IMG/VR virus record: IMGVR_UViG_3300022719_000025
Span: 1-53,181 of that record
DNA from: a virus
Lineage: Duplodnaviria > Caudoviricetes
DNA: 53,181 bases
Direction: 5' to 3' (one strand)
Part shown: positions 19,113 to 29,878 of the stretch, piece by piece
Layout: each line of letters begins with the position of its first letter
How positions within the stretch are numbered: the stretch's first letter is position 1
Translations under genes and position numbers: made by a program
The notes under the pieces: model-generated
Seen by the model: the letters and a program-made list of their open reading frames with translations, nothing else
Told to the model about the DNA's origin: nothing
The model's database searches: none

Positions 19113-20393
19113 CTATCCTCCTAATCCTATACCTAAAATTCCTAGTACGTTGGAAATGGGGTCTCCTGCTGCGGCTTTAGCAGCCATCGCCTGGACATCT
19201 AGTGCGGAGACGCCTAATTCTCCACTGAACTGTTTTGTTAAGAGGCCACTCAGAGTGTCTAAGTTCGTTAGGGCTGATCCACTGTAGTCGATGTAAGGGG
19301 AGGCTTGGGCAGGTAACAGGTTGACCGCTAACTCGTTACCAGTCAACTGGGCCTGGGTACGAAGCATTAGAAGGTTGCCCTGTTGGGCTGAGTATGCCTG
19401 ATCCGCGTTCGCACGAATACCCACCAGTTCGTTTCCTAGTTCAGCGGCTGCGGTTTGGGCCTCTAAGCTTGCTTGTGCTCTTGCCTGCCCCAATCCGGCC
19501 TCACCTTGAAGGGTTACCGACTCAAGACCGCCTAGAATTTGCCCAAACTGTGTGGCAGTGTTGGCTGCTAGGGTGTTAAACTGTAGCATATTCTGGCCAA
19601 CTGCTGCGTTGAGATTTAGAGCCCCGTTCATGCTAACCTGAGCCTTCATCTGTTCTTTCTGAGCCGGACTCAAGTTTTGGTTGCTATCAATCCTGGCCAT
19701 AGCTGACCGTACTTGACCATGAACACCAGCGACCGCCGCTTCTGCTGCCGCATTCTGTCCCCGGTACACGTCTTTGAGTGCGTCGTCCCGGTCTTCACGA
19801 ACGTTTGAGAGGGCTGCTTGACTAGCTGTACGGAACTGTTCTTGGGCCTGTTGAAATTGATTATCAACATTCTCCCCAATCTGGTCGATACGAGCTTCAT
19901 TCTCGTCGATCCTTTGATTAAGCTCCTCCTGAGACTGAAGGAGTCGATCTCGTTCCTCGTCAACTTCCGACACAGCTTCGTCGGTATCTTGACGGATGGT
20001 CTCACCTAGCAGATCGGCCCTCTGCTGGTCCTCTCGGGCCGCTTGAAATCGAGCCTCCTCAGTCCTTTCAAGCTCCTCTATGGTTTGTTCTCTAGTTGGA
20101 CCTATGTTCTCCTGAAAGTTGGGGTCATCTGGAAGTCTATTTCTAGCTTCGTCTATATCACTACCTGGATCGAATATATTAGAAAAGAAATCATTTACCC
20201 CCCTAAAGAGGTTACCGAAAAAGCCTCGGTCTTGGTTTTGTGCGGCCTCTTGGAGACGGGGGTCTTTAAGGGCAGTTGCGAACCCTGCACCAATATCAGA
20301 CGATCCTTGTTGGCCCGAGGGTCGGTTGTTTGCGTTCTGCGCCCGGATGGAACCCCCTCCGGACGGTCTGCCTGGGTTTGGATTTGCTGCCAC
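19113..20393 (-). CDS. Putative internal virion/DNA transfer protein
   Basis: 426 aa Q/A/N-rich coiled coil with C-terminal GILGIGLGG; directly follows the nozzle gene. Confidence 0.55.
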   Translation of the reverse strand: MAANPNPGRPSGGGSIRAQNANNRPSGQQGSSDIGAGFATALKDPRLQEAAQNQDRGFFGNLFRGVNDFFSNIFDPGSDIDEARNRLPDDPNFQENIGPTREQTIEELERTEEARFQAAREDQQRADLLGETIRQDTDEAVSEVDEERDRLLQSQEELNQRIDENEARIDQIGENVDNQFQQAQEQFRTASQAALSNVREDRDDALKDVYRGQNAAAEAAVAGVHGQVRSAMARIDSNQNLSPAQKEQMKAQVSMNGALNLNAAVGQNMLQFNTLAANTATQFGQILGGLESVTLQGEAGLGQARAQASLEAQTAAAELGNELVGIRANADQAYSAQQGNLLMLRTQAQLTGNELAVNLLPAQASPYIDYSGSALTNLDTLSGLLTKQFSGELGVSALDVQAMAAKAAAGDPISNVLGILGIGLGG

Positions 20394-20420
20394 GATCTAT
20401 CTCCGATTCCTAACCTACCT

Positions 20421-20449
20421 ATTATAGGCCCTTAAAGGGCAAAAGTCAA
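20421..20449 (-). promoter_or_regulatory. Sigma70-type promoter TTGACT-N17-TATAAT for the ejection-protein genes
   Basis: -35 at 20444-20449, -10 at 20421-20426, intergenic. Confidence 0.8.
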
Positions 20450-20450
20450 T

Positions 20451-22991
20451 CTACGTTTGTCGGCTCTCAGCCTCGCTTACCCCCAGAATACCTTTAACCA
20501 TTACGGACTTTAGCTCGAAGTCCATATTACCCCCCTTGAATTCGACGAAGGGAAACAGTTCGAGACCAGCATAGTTTACACGGGTTGCCGTGGCGTCCGC
20601 CGTGCCATTGATGTCCACCTCGTTACGACCTAGAATGGAGGTGCCCTTCTTCATTCCGAAGTTGAACTTGTTATTGGGGTCACTGCCTCCTGTTTCTCCT
20701 CCTAGGTCACTAAAGGCTGCACTCATGCTGGTAACGGTTTTCCGTACGAAGTGATCTACCTGCCCGCCTTGAGAAACGACTTGCGGCATCGTAATACGGG
20801 TGACAACAGGCGAGATACTGTAGCGGTCTCCCACCGATAGCGTGCCACTAAGTCCTGAGATCGTGAGTTGCGTATCCGAGTCCCTCGTAGAAATCGTTGC
20901 TGATTCATTCGCCCGATCACCGCTAAGGATGTGGACCTTGAAGCCCGGGCAGTTAGCCGGGAAAGTTGCCGTTGAATCAACGAGAGTGGTTGCATCAGAG
21001 CCAGAAGTTGCTGTTCCATTGACAGTCTCCGAACCAGAGGTTCCACACATTGACCTCTTGCCCATTGCCCGGGCGCCGTCAATGACATGGACCGCTCCTG
21101 TAGATGTAATAAAGTACGCCCTCTGAGGACCGTCCGTCTCCACATCAGGACCTGAAACAAGGAATGACCAGGGGATGTCCTCTATCTTGGTGACTGCCCC
21201 CGTAGATTCCCACAACAGGTAAGCCTCTTTAGTGCTGGTGTTCAGCATGATCAAGGCTCCAATGAGGGCGTCGTATTCCAAGTGAATATCGGTGAGAGTG
21301 GAGGCCCATTCGCTATCGTCCAGAATGATTCTATCAAAGGCAGTGACGCTGCTGACTTGACCGTTGTTAGCGTTCACCTGCTTGAGGCCTGAAGGGGTGA
21401 TGACAAACAAGGTGTTACCAATGGAGGTCTGACCGTACCTACTTACTCCTCCGAGCCTATACTGAATACGATTGATGCCCATTGTACCACCAGAACGGGA
21501 CACCTTGTAAATTCCTTGGTTGCTTATGGCGAAGGCATGATCTCCTACTGGCTCCAGGGCGTAGAACACCTCTGAGGGATCGTCTGGCTTGTAGACATTG
21601 GAAGCCGGAAAGTTCTCCTTTTCGCTAGTTGAGAGGCTACCCCAATGAATGCTCTCATGGGCTTGGTCTCCCGTCTTCCACTTCTGGGTAGGAGCATCAG
21701 GTTCCCGTATATCACTGATGGCCAACAAGGTTCCGTCATAGGCCAATAGCCTCTTGGACCGAGGCATCGCACCTACTTCGTCATGGTAAACGTCGTACTT
21801 CAGTTGTTCGAGAAGGCCACTGTCGCTGATGAAGGCGGTATCTATGTCCGCCCCCGTATTACCAACATCGTTGCCGTGGGTTATCTCAAGTGTCAACCCG
21901 CTACTTCCAGTCTCGATCTGACCTTTTTCCTCATATGGAGAGACTAGATACAACCCTCCCATGAGGCTATACACGTCGTAGTTGTCAGCATTGGGCTCAA
22001 CGCGATCGTTAGCTGGAGACCTCCATAGACGTATCCCATCTACATGAGGAATGCCCCAGTCGATGAGGGCTGAATTTTCTGAGACGTTAGCCTTAATTTG
22101 ATTGGTTGCACCTCCACCGGCTCTAGGAGACTTAACGCTACTAACTACCCAACGAATGGAAACACTAGAAGATCCTATACGGTGGGCCGTGTGCCACCTG
22201 ATATAGGACCGGAGGCCATGTTTTCTCGAAACTAGTTCGGCTGCGTAGGTGTAGATGCCTTCGGGGATTACAAAGTCGGTGTATCCGTGACTACCGTTAG
22301 ACAGTGCGGCAGACGAATCCCTACCATAAGTCCCGTCGTCTACAGTGTTAAGAGGAGTCCCCAGTAGACGCTGAGGCATAAGTCCCGCGAATCGACCCTT
22401 GAAACCACTGTCAAAGTCATCCCAGCCGTTGATTCGGAAGTCCCAAAAGTAAGCCTTGTTGTAGGGAGGCTGCTCCCCGTCATAGTGGCTGACTGTGGAT
22501 GACGTGTCTGCTGAGGCACACAGGTAGATGTACTTATCTGAAGAGGTAATGTCGTAGTCGATGAGGGTGTCTATCTTGAAGTCGGTCCAAGACTCAAAGT
22601 CCTCCAGCATCACTACGTCTGTAGAACCGTCCGAGCTATCTCTGTAAGCGAAGTACACTGCTTGGTTATCAGCCGCTGGGTTGTCGGCAATGTACACGAT
22701 TCCCTTCAACGTCTCCCCCGTAAATCCTTTTTTGATGGAGGCATACTTCGCGAAGATAATGTTGTTGAGGCTGGTGACTGTGGTAGATCCACTGGGGGTT
22801 GGTACTCCGTGGACTGTAACGTCAGCCATTCCAGGGAACGGTCTGATAGACCCAATGAATCTACCATCTACCCCAATTGACTCAACCATTTTGGGCATGG
22901 AGATGGCGACAGGGTTGGCTTTTAGGTCGGCACCTGGGTAGCCAGTTTGGTACTGCCACACGCCTCTATGATCGTCTCTACGTTCCGGCAT
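20451..22991 (-). CDS. Tail nozzle / stabilisation protein (T7 gp12/P22 gp10-like position)
   Basis: About 846 aa beta-rich; SIHWGS...ENFP, GGVSRYG...GNTLFVITPSGL beta-propeller-like pattern; lies before ejection genes. Confidence 0.7.
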   Translation of the reverse strand: MPERRDDHRGVWQYQTGYPGADLKANPVAISMPKMVESIGVDGRFIGSIRPFPGMADVTVHGVPTPSGSTTVTSLNNIIFAKYASIKKGFTGETLKGIVYIADNPAADNQAVYFAYRDSSDGSTDVVMLEDFESWTDFKIDTLIDYDITSSDKYIYLCASADTSSTVSHYDGEQPPYNKAYFWDFRINGWDDFDSGFKGRFAGLMPQRLLGTPLNTVDDGTYGRDSSAALSNGSHGYTDFVIPEGIYTYAAELVSRKHGLRSYIRWHTAHRIGSSSVSIRWVVSSVKSPRAGGGATNQIKANVSENSALIDWGIPHVDGIRLWRSPANDRVEPNADNYDVYSLMGGLYLVSPYEEKGQIETGSSGLTLEITHGNDVGNTGADIDTAFISDSGLLEQLKYDVYHDEVGAMPRSKRLLAYDGTLLAISDIREPDAPTQKWKTGDQAHESIHWGSLSTSEKENFPASNVYKPDDPSEVFYALEPVGDHAFAISNQGIYKVSRSGGTMGINRIQYRLGGVSRYGQTSIGNTLFVITPSGLKQVNANNGQVSSVTAFDRIILDDSEWASTLTDIHLEYDALIGALIMLNTSTKEAYLLWESTGAVTKIEDIPWSFLVSGPDVETDGPQRAYFITSTGAVHVIDGARAMGKRSMCGTSGSETVNGTATSGSDATTLVDSTATFPANCPGFKVHILSGDRANESATISTRDSDTQLTISGLSGTLSVGDRYSISPVVTRITMPQVVSQGGQVDHFVRKTVTSMSAAFSDLGGETGGSDPNNKFNFGMKKGTSILGRNEVDINGTADATATRVNYAGLELFPFVEFKGGNMDFELKSVMVKGILGVSEAESRQT

Positions 22992-23175
22992 CGTCCTTTT
23001 TCTCTCTACTAGTAGTCTTCTTTTTAGACTCCTCAACTTGGTCCTCAGTCTCTGTTACTGTAGGCAGAGCCCTGAGGTGTTGAACGATAGGCATTAAGAT
23101 TTCCGAGAATCTTAGAGGCATCGACTCCAAACGATTTACGATTTCGTCACGATTTTGTTCAGTAAGATTCAACAT
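22978..23175 (-). CDS. Small tail-associated protein (possible fibre chaperone)
   Basis: 65 aa, GGAGGA RBS; follows fibre genes. Confidence 0.5.
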   Translation of the reverse strand: MLNLTEQNRDEIVNRLESMPLRFSEILMPIVQHLRALPTVTETEDQVEESKKKTTSREKKDDAGT

Positions 23176-23181
23176 AACTAA

Positions 23182-24384
23182 CTATCCTCCTGTCCACACT
23201 AATACATCCTCCCCGCCACCACTAGGGAGTCCTCGTCCCAATGTAATGTTGTCACGGGGTACAACTAATAAATTGAATTGTGCCTCCTCAAGCTCTATAT
23301 CTATAGGGGAAGCACTACCGGAAACTCCAAACCCGTACTGTCCGAACTCCCATTTGGTAGGGACGTTAGAACCTTCTTCCACAACCACTCCAGCACGGCT
23401 GGAGGAGGAGCTAATGAGAACTTGGCTAGAGGTACCGTCTGAACCATCCCCCGCTCCGTAATGGAAATCTAGGGCCTGTGTACCGAACACACTGTTGAAC
23501 TCGTATTGATAAAACCACATTCCTCCTACGATAGTTCCGACCCTAGAATCATTTTTTGGGCCAGACTTCCAGGAACCCCCGTTGTAAGAGGTCTCAAACA
23601 CGCCACTGTCACCTGCCTGTTGGTACTTGGCAAAGTTAGACCCGTCGGGAGGTATATCAGCAAGATCTGCTCCGTCGCCTACATCTAACGGATCTCCAAA
23701 GTCAGGGTCCGCTGCCTCATCGTCTAAGTAAGGTATGACCCAGATCTTGTTTAGTCTATCCGGCAGGGCTGTAGTGTCACTGTAGATATAGAAACTTCCT
23801 ACGTAGAAATTCTGAGAAGATGCTCCTGCAAGGACAGACATAACGTGAGGAGCCGCTCCTCTATAAGAACTGGTAACTGTGTCGATGGCGGACGCGGAAG
23901 CTACGGAACTACGGTCTATATAGAGTTCCATGCTGCCCGACGAGTCATCGAACTCAATTTCAATTTCCATCCAATACCATGTGTCAGCCGATATGGCGGA
24001 GCTAGCTGTTGCCTGTTCAACTCCTGCTGAATCATGAAGACCTACATTCCCGGAAGAATCAAGGGATAGGTAGCAGTGAATATTGGAAGGTTTTGAGACA
24101 TCCTTGAATCTTAGGAAGTTTCTATTTGTGCCGGGGAGGTTCTCGAACCTAGCCCAAAAACCCATAGTCAGGAAGGTGTCAGCAGACCCCAGTGGGTCCA
24201 GGTTCATGTTGCACTCTCTTATCTGGCCTACAGAACTATCGGACATATTCAGTACGTATTCATTTAGCCAAGGTGCAGGGGCGTCTACAGAAGAAACAAC
24301 ATTAGAGTTGCTCATCCACTTGTTGGGGTCGACCTCGTAGATTGAGCCGCTATTCCAACCACCAAATGCACGAAGTGTAGACAT
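23182..24384 (-). CDS. Tail/receptor-binding protein with LamG/concanavalin-like domain
   Basis: TMGFWARF, ISADTWYWMEIEI, MELYID lectin-fold pattern. Confidence 0.6.
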   Translation of the reverse strand: MSTLRAFGGWNSGSIYEVDPNKWMSNSNVVSSVDAPAPWLNEYVLNMSDSSVGQIRECNMNLDPLGSADTFLTMGFWARFENLPGTNRNFLRFKDVSKPSNIHCYLSLDSSGNVGLHDSAGVEQATASSAISADTWYWMEIEIEFDDSSGSMELYIDRSSVASASAIDTVTSSYRGAAPHVMSVLAGASSQNFYVGSFYIYSDTTALPDRLNKIWVIPYLDDEAADPDFGDPLDVGDGADLADIPPDGSNFAKYQQAGDSGVFETSYNGGSWKSGPKNDSRVGTIVGGMWFYQYEFNSVFGTQALDFHYGAGDGSDGTSSQVLISSSSSRAGVVVEEGSNVPTKWEFGQYGFGVSGSASPIDIELEEAQFNLLVVPRDNITLGRGLPSGGGEDVLVWTGG

Positions 24385-26618
24385 TAACTCTTGTACCCAT
24401 ACCAGACTACGACCATCTCAGTAGGTTCCCCACTAACTGCCGTAATGTCCATAACCATCATATCGTTAGCCGCCAACGAGTTGGAGGTCCATCCAGTAGC
24501 GTCGTGAGTGTCTCCTCCAGTATCGGCTGTCACTCCTGTTTCCATCGTTGTACCACCACTGAAAGGAGCGGTTCTGGCCCTATCGAACAGACTGAAGGTG
24601 ACTGAAGTCCCAGTGTCAATGATGGCGAACATCTCGATGATGTCTACTGCTTCAGGGAAGTACCCTATTTCAATCTCGTGGTCCGTATTGGGGTAAGGGA
24701 TCTTCACTAATCCAGACACATAGTCCTCCTTCCATTTTATGCCTGCTGACTCTCCCGAGTCAACCACCAACTTCATTCCATCGTTAGTACCTACGGCCAA
24801 TCTATCGTCAGAAGTGGTGTAGGACAGTATATCCCCCTTAGTTGTCAAGGGGGATAGAGCAGTAAAGGCCGCTGCGGCAGTAGTATTGGACGTTCCTCCG
24901 TTAACAATAGACAAAGTTCCATTTACGGCTGCCCCCAGGTCCAGTTGTCCGCCTCCAGCCACACTCTCATGGTCATGGTTGGCATTGGAAAAAGAACCTA
25001 TGGTGGGGGTAGTCAGGGTCTTGTTCGTGAGTGTCTGAACCCCCGTTAGAGTCACGAAGTCTGCCGCGTCATTCATGTTGGCTATAGTCAGGTTACCCTC
25101 TAAACTAGAGAACGAGGTCTTCCTGGGACCTGATCCCGATAGATGGAACGGTATAGTGTCTGCGGGAGCAATGCTGACTGTAGTAAGTCCGTCGATGTCC
25201 ATAGACAAATTTCTAGTGGTGGTGAGATCCCCTCCCCCAGTAAGACCACTACCAGCCGCCGTAGCTATTTCTACTGTGGAGTGGTCGATGTGTTCATTTC
25301 CAACAAAATTGGTTAGTTGGTCGTGGTCAATAGACGTTTCATCTACAGCAAAATCTATAGTGTCGGTACCTGAGTCCCCCGTGATAGACAGTATTGAATT
25401 GGCCGATGTTAGGGTCAATGTATCTGTTGCAGAACCTGCAACTGGGTCAGTTCCGGATGGACAATCAACGGTCTCGAAAGAGTTTTGGGCAAAACTTGAG
25501 GCGTCCGACATATTGGCAATAGTAAGAGCCGCCTCTACGTTAGCAAACGTGATTTTCTTCTGTGCTCCGTCGTGGATAGACAAGAGATCAGAGGGCCCTG
25601 CGGAGGTGTCTGTAGTCGACAGATCACTAAAGTCTAAGGCAAACGATCTATTGTCCGATAGATCACCCCCTCCAGTAAGGCCCTCCTCTGCCGTAAGAGT
25701 ATTGGCAGAGGAGGCATAGTCTCCCGAATTCGGTGTTAGATCAATGTTTTGGTCGGCCACCGTAATAACTCGTACATTCCCCGGGGAGACATTAGTATCA
25801 CACTCGAATCGAACCTCCTTCGTAGCATCGGCGGAGCCCTCGGCAATGCTAGTGCTGTCCGTAAAGGGTGCAGAGGTTGCCCCTCCTGTAAGATCGGAAA
25901 CAGTAACCTTTCGGATTGCTGCTGCCGTAGCATCATACATAGCTACGAAGTCGTTGGCCGTATCGACGGTGGACTCGGAAGTCAAACCGTCAATGTCCAT
26001 ATCCCACGTAACTCTGTCGGAGGAACTATCCCCAGTAACGGTGACCCCTGTCCCACTGAACAGTTGTATAGTGTCAGTTGCGTTGTCTGCCACGGGAGAA
26101 GTTCCTGAGCCTCCTGTCGTACAGTCCCATGTTACGAAGGAATCAGAACCTCCCACCCCCGAAGGTATCATAGTAGCGTCGACTTCTCCGACATCATTGA
26201 GGGAAATAGGTTTCCCTGCGTCGGAAACTCCGTCAGACTCGTCAATGTATTCCGACTTCGTATAGTAACGAGCGTCCCCTCTAGCATCCGTATGGTACTG
26301 TAGGTGATCATCATCTCCTAGTCCGGTTAGGCCTCCGTGGTCACCTCCTAAAATTTCCAGTTCCAGGATTCTATTTTCTAGTTCACGAATAAGGTCGGGA
26401 TTGGAACCTCGGCTAAGGTCTACAGGAACTACACCTGGAAGAAGGGAGGCTGTTCCTAGTTCGTCGTTCTCTCTGACCTCGTAACTCTTGTCGTCTGTAG
26501 GGTCAGAGAAAGGTGGCCTCTGGCTAAAGACGGATTGGGAGTCTGGAGGGTGGGAGAATTCTTCCCTGGGCCGGACTCTCCGGTTGGTGTTCCTGACTTG
26601 TCTGTCATGGTAACGCAT
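24384..26618 (-). CDS. Tail fibre protein
   Basis: DHGGLTGLGDDDHLQY, two GLTGGGDL repeats, TLTGVQTLTNKTLT, LTTKGDIL fibre motifs; T/S/D/G-rich. Confidence 0.8.
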   Translation of the reverse strand: MRYHDRQVRNTNRRVRPREEFSHPPDSQSVFSQRPPFSDPTDDKSYEVRENDELGTASLLPGVVPVDLSRGSNPDLIRELENRILELEILGGDHGGLTGLGDDDHLQYHTDARGDARYYTKSEYIDESDGVSDAGKPISLNDVGEVDATMIPSGVGGSDSFVTWDCTTGGSGTSPVADNATDTIQLFSGTGVTVTGDSSSDRVTWDMDIDGLTSESTVDTANDFVAMYDATAAAIRKVTVSDLTGGATSAPFTDSTSIAEGSADATKEVRFECDTNVSPGNVRVITVADQNIDLTPNSGDYASSANTLTAEEGLTGGGDLSDNRSFALDFSDLSTTDTSAGPSDLLSIHDGAQKKITFANVEAALTIANMSDASSFAQNSFETVDCPSGTDPVAGSATDTLTLTSANSILSITGDSGTDTIDFAVDETSIDHDQLTNFVGNEHIDHSTVEIATAAGSGLTGGGDLTTTRNLSMDIDGLTTVSIAPADTIPFHLSGSGPRKTSFSSLEGNLTIANMNDAADFVTLTGVQTLTNKTLTTPTIGSFSNANHDHESVAGGGQLDLGAAVNGTLSIVNGGTSNTTAAAAFTALSPLTTKGDILSYTTSDDRLAVGTNDGMKLVVDSGESAGIKWKEDYVSGLVKIPYPNTDHEIEIGYFPEAVDIIEMFAIIDTGTSVTFSLFDRARTAPFSGGTTMETGVTADTGGDTHDATGWTSNSLAANDMMVMDITAVSGEPTEMVVVWYGYKS

Positions 26619-28544
26619 CTAGTTAAGCTCGCCAAAGAATCCACCACGGTTCAAGTTGTCCGCCGTGTCTCCCTCCATGTGGTGAGGGAATCTACCCTGT
26701 TTGCTGTTGAGGAATCGACGAAGGGCCGACTTCTTAGCAGCGTAGATACGCTCCTGAATTTGCAACTTCTGGCCCAGTCCCTCTTGACCAAGAATGTCCA
26801 TGCTGACACGAAGGCAGACTACGTGCTTAAGTAGTCTACTGTACTGAGGCAGAACCTCATACACAATAGTTCCGGTAGGCGTAGTATCCCAGTTCTCACT
26901 GATTGTAGCCACCCCAGTCTCATTGTTGTAGTCCGTGATGATCCTCTCCTCGACTCTGCCTTGGTCTGATTCAAGAATTCGGACGATGTATCCGGCGTAG
27001 GCATTCTTCCGGGTGTCCAAAGTTCCGTCAGTCACCGAGGATGGAAATGTGATGGTACTGGCCGTCGCCGCATCAGCGGTAGCCTTGTGAATAGCCGTCT
27101 CTCCGTTTACCACGTAGGTAACCTGCAACGTCAAGGACTCATTCCAGTCTCGGAGGAGTCGGATGTTGTTGCCTTCGAGAGAGAAGCCGTGACCACTGAA
27201 GTTCCACTCAGAGCCCGGATACACTTCCCACTGAGGAGTGTTAGTGGCCGTGACTATCTTCGCCAACTTGTAGACGGAGGCACAGTTGGGCGGTAGGCAG
27301 TAATACTGTTGACCATCAACCACGTTGATGTCCATACGGGCCTTGATGGCGTTGTCCGTAATGATGTTGATGTCCGCGATCTCCGTGTCGAAGGCTGCGT
27401 GGATGTACTCTACGATGTCCGCATCCGTGTACTTAGGTTGCGTAGAGGGCTCATCTGTTGCCTTGCGGATAAGGGAGACGCAATCCGACAGAAAACCACT
27501 TCCTGAAAGGGCGGAGCTTGTGACAACCGCCGGAGCCAGGAGGTTGTCAATCGTATCTCTTAGGACCGTCAGAGAATCAGAACCAGTCGAGAAACCTGCA
27601 CCCTTGATGTCGGTGAGGCAGGAGCCCTGAGCTTCCAAACTATCAGTTGTGGAATCATAGGTGCCAAAGCCACTGGAAGGGGAGGGAGCGGCGGAGGATG
27701 ACATGGCATTGAGATGGGCCTTTAGGTTGTTAGGGCTAGCTGCACCGAACCCCGTAGTCAGTTTAAGTAGTTCCGAACTGATATCTGTAGTTGAGACCGC
27801 ATACAGTTCTATAGGGTCACTGGTAGTTGGCGTAAAGTCTAGTGCGGACGATAGGACCAGAGTTGAGGTGGACTGAATAAAATCACTGACCAACCGGGCC
27901 TGTCGTCGACCGGAGTCAGACTCATCCTGTACAACGCACAATAAATTGTTGTACTCGTCATCAATTACGGTTCCGCCCGTGGACGCCATAACCACGTTGG
28001 TTGAGTCGGAGTCACTGGTTGCAGTAGTAGTGAAAATGTAACGGGGCGGCAGGTAGAGATGGGCGTTCTTCAGACCATCACCTACCGTATCTGTAGTTGG
28101 ACTAGATTCCAGAGTCTGAGTCAGATTGAGGTCCACCTGAAGGTTGCTGTTGCTGGTGACGGTAAGGTCACCCTCTGCACCACCAAACTGGAACTGTCTA
28201 GTCTGTACAGTCGGAGTAGCGTTACTGTTTACTACCTGGGCAATGTAGACCTGCCCCTCGTTGAAATCAGAAAGTACATCCTGCTCAAAGGTCCAGATAC
28301 CCGTGTTAGTGGTTCCGTTGTTACCTTGTTGGTGAACCATCGTCTCCGTCTCTGTTGTAAGAGCAGTAGACTTAAAGGTGTCGTCGTTGAAATCGTAGGA
28401 GTGCAGAGTGCCATCATCCTGAAGCTCATACAACCTAAGTTCGCAGGTTCCTGTGGAGACGATAGATCCTACATTGTCTACGAGATAGGCCCGTAAGATC
28501 AGTTGCCCCGTCGTCTGTACAATATTGATTCCTGAAGTAGCCAT
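26619..28544 (-). CDS. Head-tail adaptor/tail tubular A-like protein with long N-terminal extension
   Basis: C-terminal half: IRKATDEP...YTDADIVEYIHAA...VVDGQQYYCLPP adaptor pattern. Confidence 0.6.
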   Translation of the reverse strand: MATSGINIVQTTGQLILRAYLVDNVGSIVSTGTCELRLYELQDDGTLHSYDFNDDTFKSTALTTETETMVHQQGNNGTTNTGIWTFEQDVLSDFNEGQVYIAQVVNSNATPTVQTRQFQFGGAEGDLTVTSNSNLQVDLNLTQTLESSPTTDTVGDGLKNAHLYLPPRYIFTTTATSDSDSTNVVMASTGGTVIDDEYNNLLCVVQDESDSGRRQARLVSDFIQSTSTLVLSSALDFTPTTSDPIELYAVSTTDISSELLKLTTGFGAASPNNLKAHLNAMSSSAAPSPSSGFGTYDSTTDSLEAQGSCLTDIKGAGFSTGSDSLTVLRDTIDNLLAPAVVTSSALSGSGFLSDCVSLIRKATDEPSTQPKYTDADIVEYIHAAFDTEIADINIITDNAIKARMDINVVDGQQYYCLPPNCASVYKLAKIVTATNTPQWEVYPGSEWNFSGHGFSLEGNNIRLLRDWNESLTLQVTYVVNGETAIHKATADAATASTITFPSSVTDGTLDTRKNAYAGYIVRILESDQGRVEERIITDYNNETGVATISENWDTTPTGTIVYEVLPQYSRLLKHVVCLRVSMDILGQEGLGQKLQIQERIYAAKKSALRRFLNSKQGRFPHHMEGDTADNLNRGGFFGELN

Positions 28545-29878
28545 TACATTATGGTCCCACTAAGAAGTCCACTAGTACCACCCCCGCCTGTGACAGCACT
28601 TTGCTGGGCTCCTATATTCTGATTCGAGCTACCGTCTGGTAGGTCTGAATTGTCAAACGCCGAGACCCCTGCCCCGATTGCTGGAGATGTAGATGGGAGG
28701 CTATAGTCATCTGAACCGCTGTCCACAAAGGACGGATCACTAGTGACATGATTCTCCCCCGTAGGCATTTGGGTGTAGTCTGTGCCGTTGCTGAACAGAA
28801 GGTTGTTGTAGATACTGTAGGTTAAGTTACCCGTCATGTCCGTAGTGCCGTGCTCGAAAGCTGTATCCCAATCGACGATGATATTGTTGAACGCTATCAA
28901 ATTATCCTGACCACTACCACTCATAAAGATAGCTCCGGAGGCGTTACCCTCTACCCCAACTATAGTGTTGTTACAGACTAGACTGATGCCATCAAAGAAG
29001 AACTCTACGGCTTTCAGGTTATTGTTTCCTCCGTAGAACAAACAACCTACAACCGTTACTTGCTCTCCTCGTATACACTGAGAACCAGTACAGTCGGCGA
29101 AGGTGCAGTTGGTAACTACGACGTTTTGGTCCCCTTCAATACCAACCCCAGTTAGAGTATCAAAAACGCATCGGTCAGCCGAAATATGGTCCGTACCACT
29201 GAACACACCACCCGCAGAGTCGTGGAAGTAACAATTCTTGAAGAATACTGCTTCCAAGCCTCCAATGTCCACACACTGGGCGTTACAGTTCTTAACCTCC
29301 ATGTTAATCCAGGCCGTGTGACTGGGCCCACTATCGGAGTTGTCAAAGGCATGATCGCGACTGGACTCACCATCCACGACGAAACGTCCGTTGTCACCTA
29401 AGGTTGATGTGTAACCAACGTACTCAACCCTATCGGCCTCATTGGAAGCTTCGTGAGCGAACGTCACCATTTCTGTATAGTCCGTTCCTCCACGAATCCA
29501 CACCCTGTCAAGAGTATTGTCGGCCAACAGGTTACTGGCTGCCTGAATAGTCGCCCGAGGACCATCCGAAGAAGTGATGTCCCCCGTAGAGAGGTCTCCG
29601 GCTGCAACATCGGAAGCGTTACCAACTCCCGGCAGAGAAGAAGTCTCGGCAAGAAGAATATCATTGGATGTTACGCCTGTGACCTGATAGAGTCCAGTAG
29701 TAACTCCCGTTCCTCCCGAGAGGTAGATGACATCTCCAGCAACAAAAGAGTGCCCATGCCCCGCTTGTGTAAGGGTGTGGGTAGATTCTGTCCACGTTGC
29801 TGTGGAAAGTCCTACTCCGATATTATCACGTCCGTCGTTGGAGTCGTTGCCTCCGGGTTGTACGAAATATTGAGCCAT
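28544..29878 (-). CDS. Right-handed beta-helix virion protein (tailspike/pectin-lyase-like)
   Basis: YFVQPGGNDSNDG, GPRATIQAA, repeated NC.F and NN.I rungs, DPSFVD...DYSLPSTSPAIGAG. Confidence 0.8.
   Translation of the reverse strand: MAQYFVQPGGNDSNDGRDNIGVGLSTATWTESTHTLTQAGHGHSFVAGDVIYLSGGTGVTTGLYQVTGVTSNDILLAETSSLPGVGNASDVAAGDLSTGDITSSDGPRATIQAASNLLADNTLDRVWIRGGTDYTEMVTFAHEASNEADRVEYVGYTSTLGDNGRFVVDGESSRDHAFDNSDSGPSHTAWINMEVKNCNAQCVDIGGLEAVFFKNCYFHDSAGGVFSGTDHISADRCVFDTLTGVGIEGDQNVVVTNCTFADCTGSQCIRGEQVTVVGCLFYGGNNNLKAVEFFFDGISLVCNNTIVGVEGNASGAIFMSGSGQDNLIAFNNIIVDWDTAFEHGTTDMTGNLTYSIYNNLLFSNGTDYTQMPTGENHVTSDPSFVDSGSDDYSLPSTSPAIGAGVSAFDNSDLPDGSSNQNIGAQQSAVTGGGGTSGLLSGTIM

Noticed and set aside
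24384-29878. Diversity-generating retroelement or invertible tail-fibre cassette
   Set aside because: No reverse transcriptase, invertase or template/variable repeat pair seen; fibre repeats are diverged protein-level repeats
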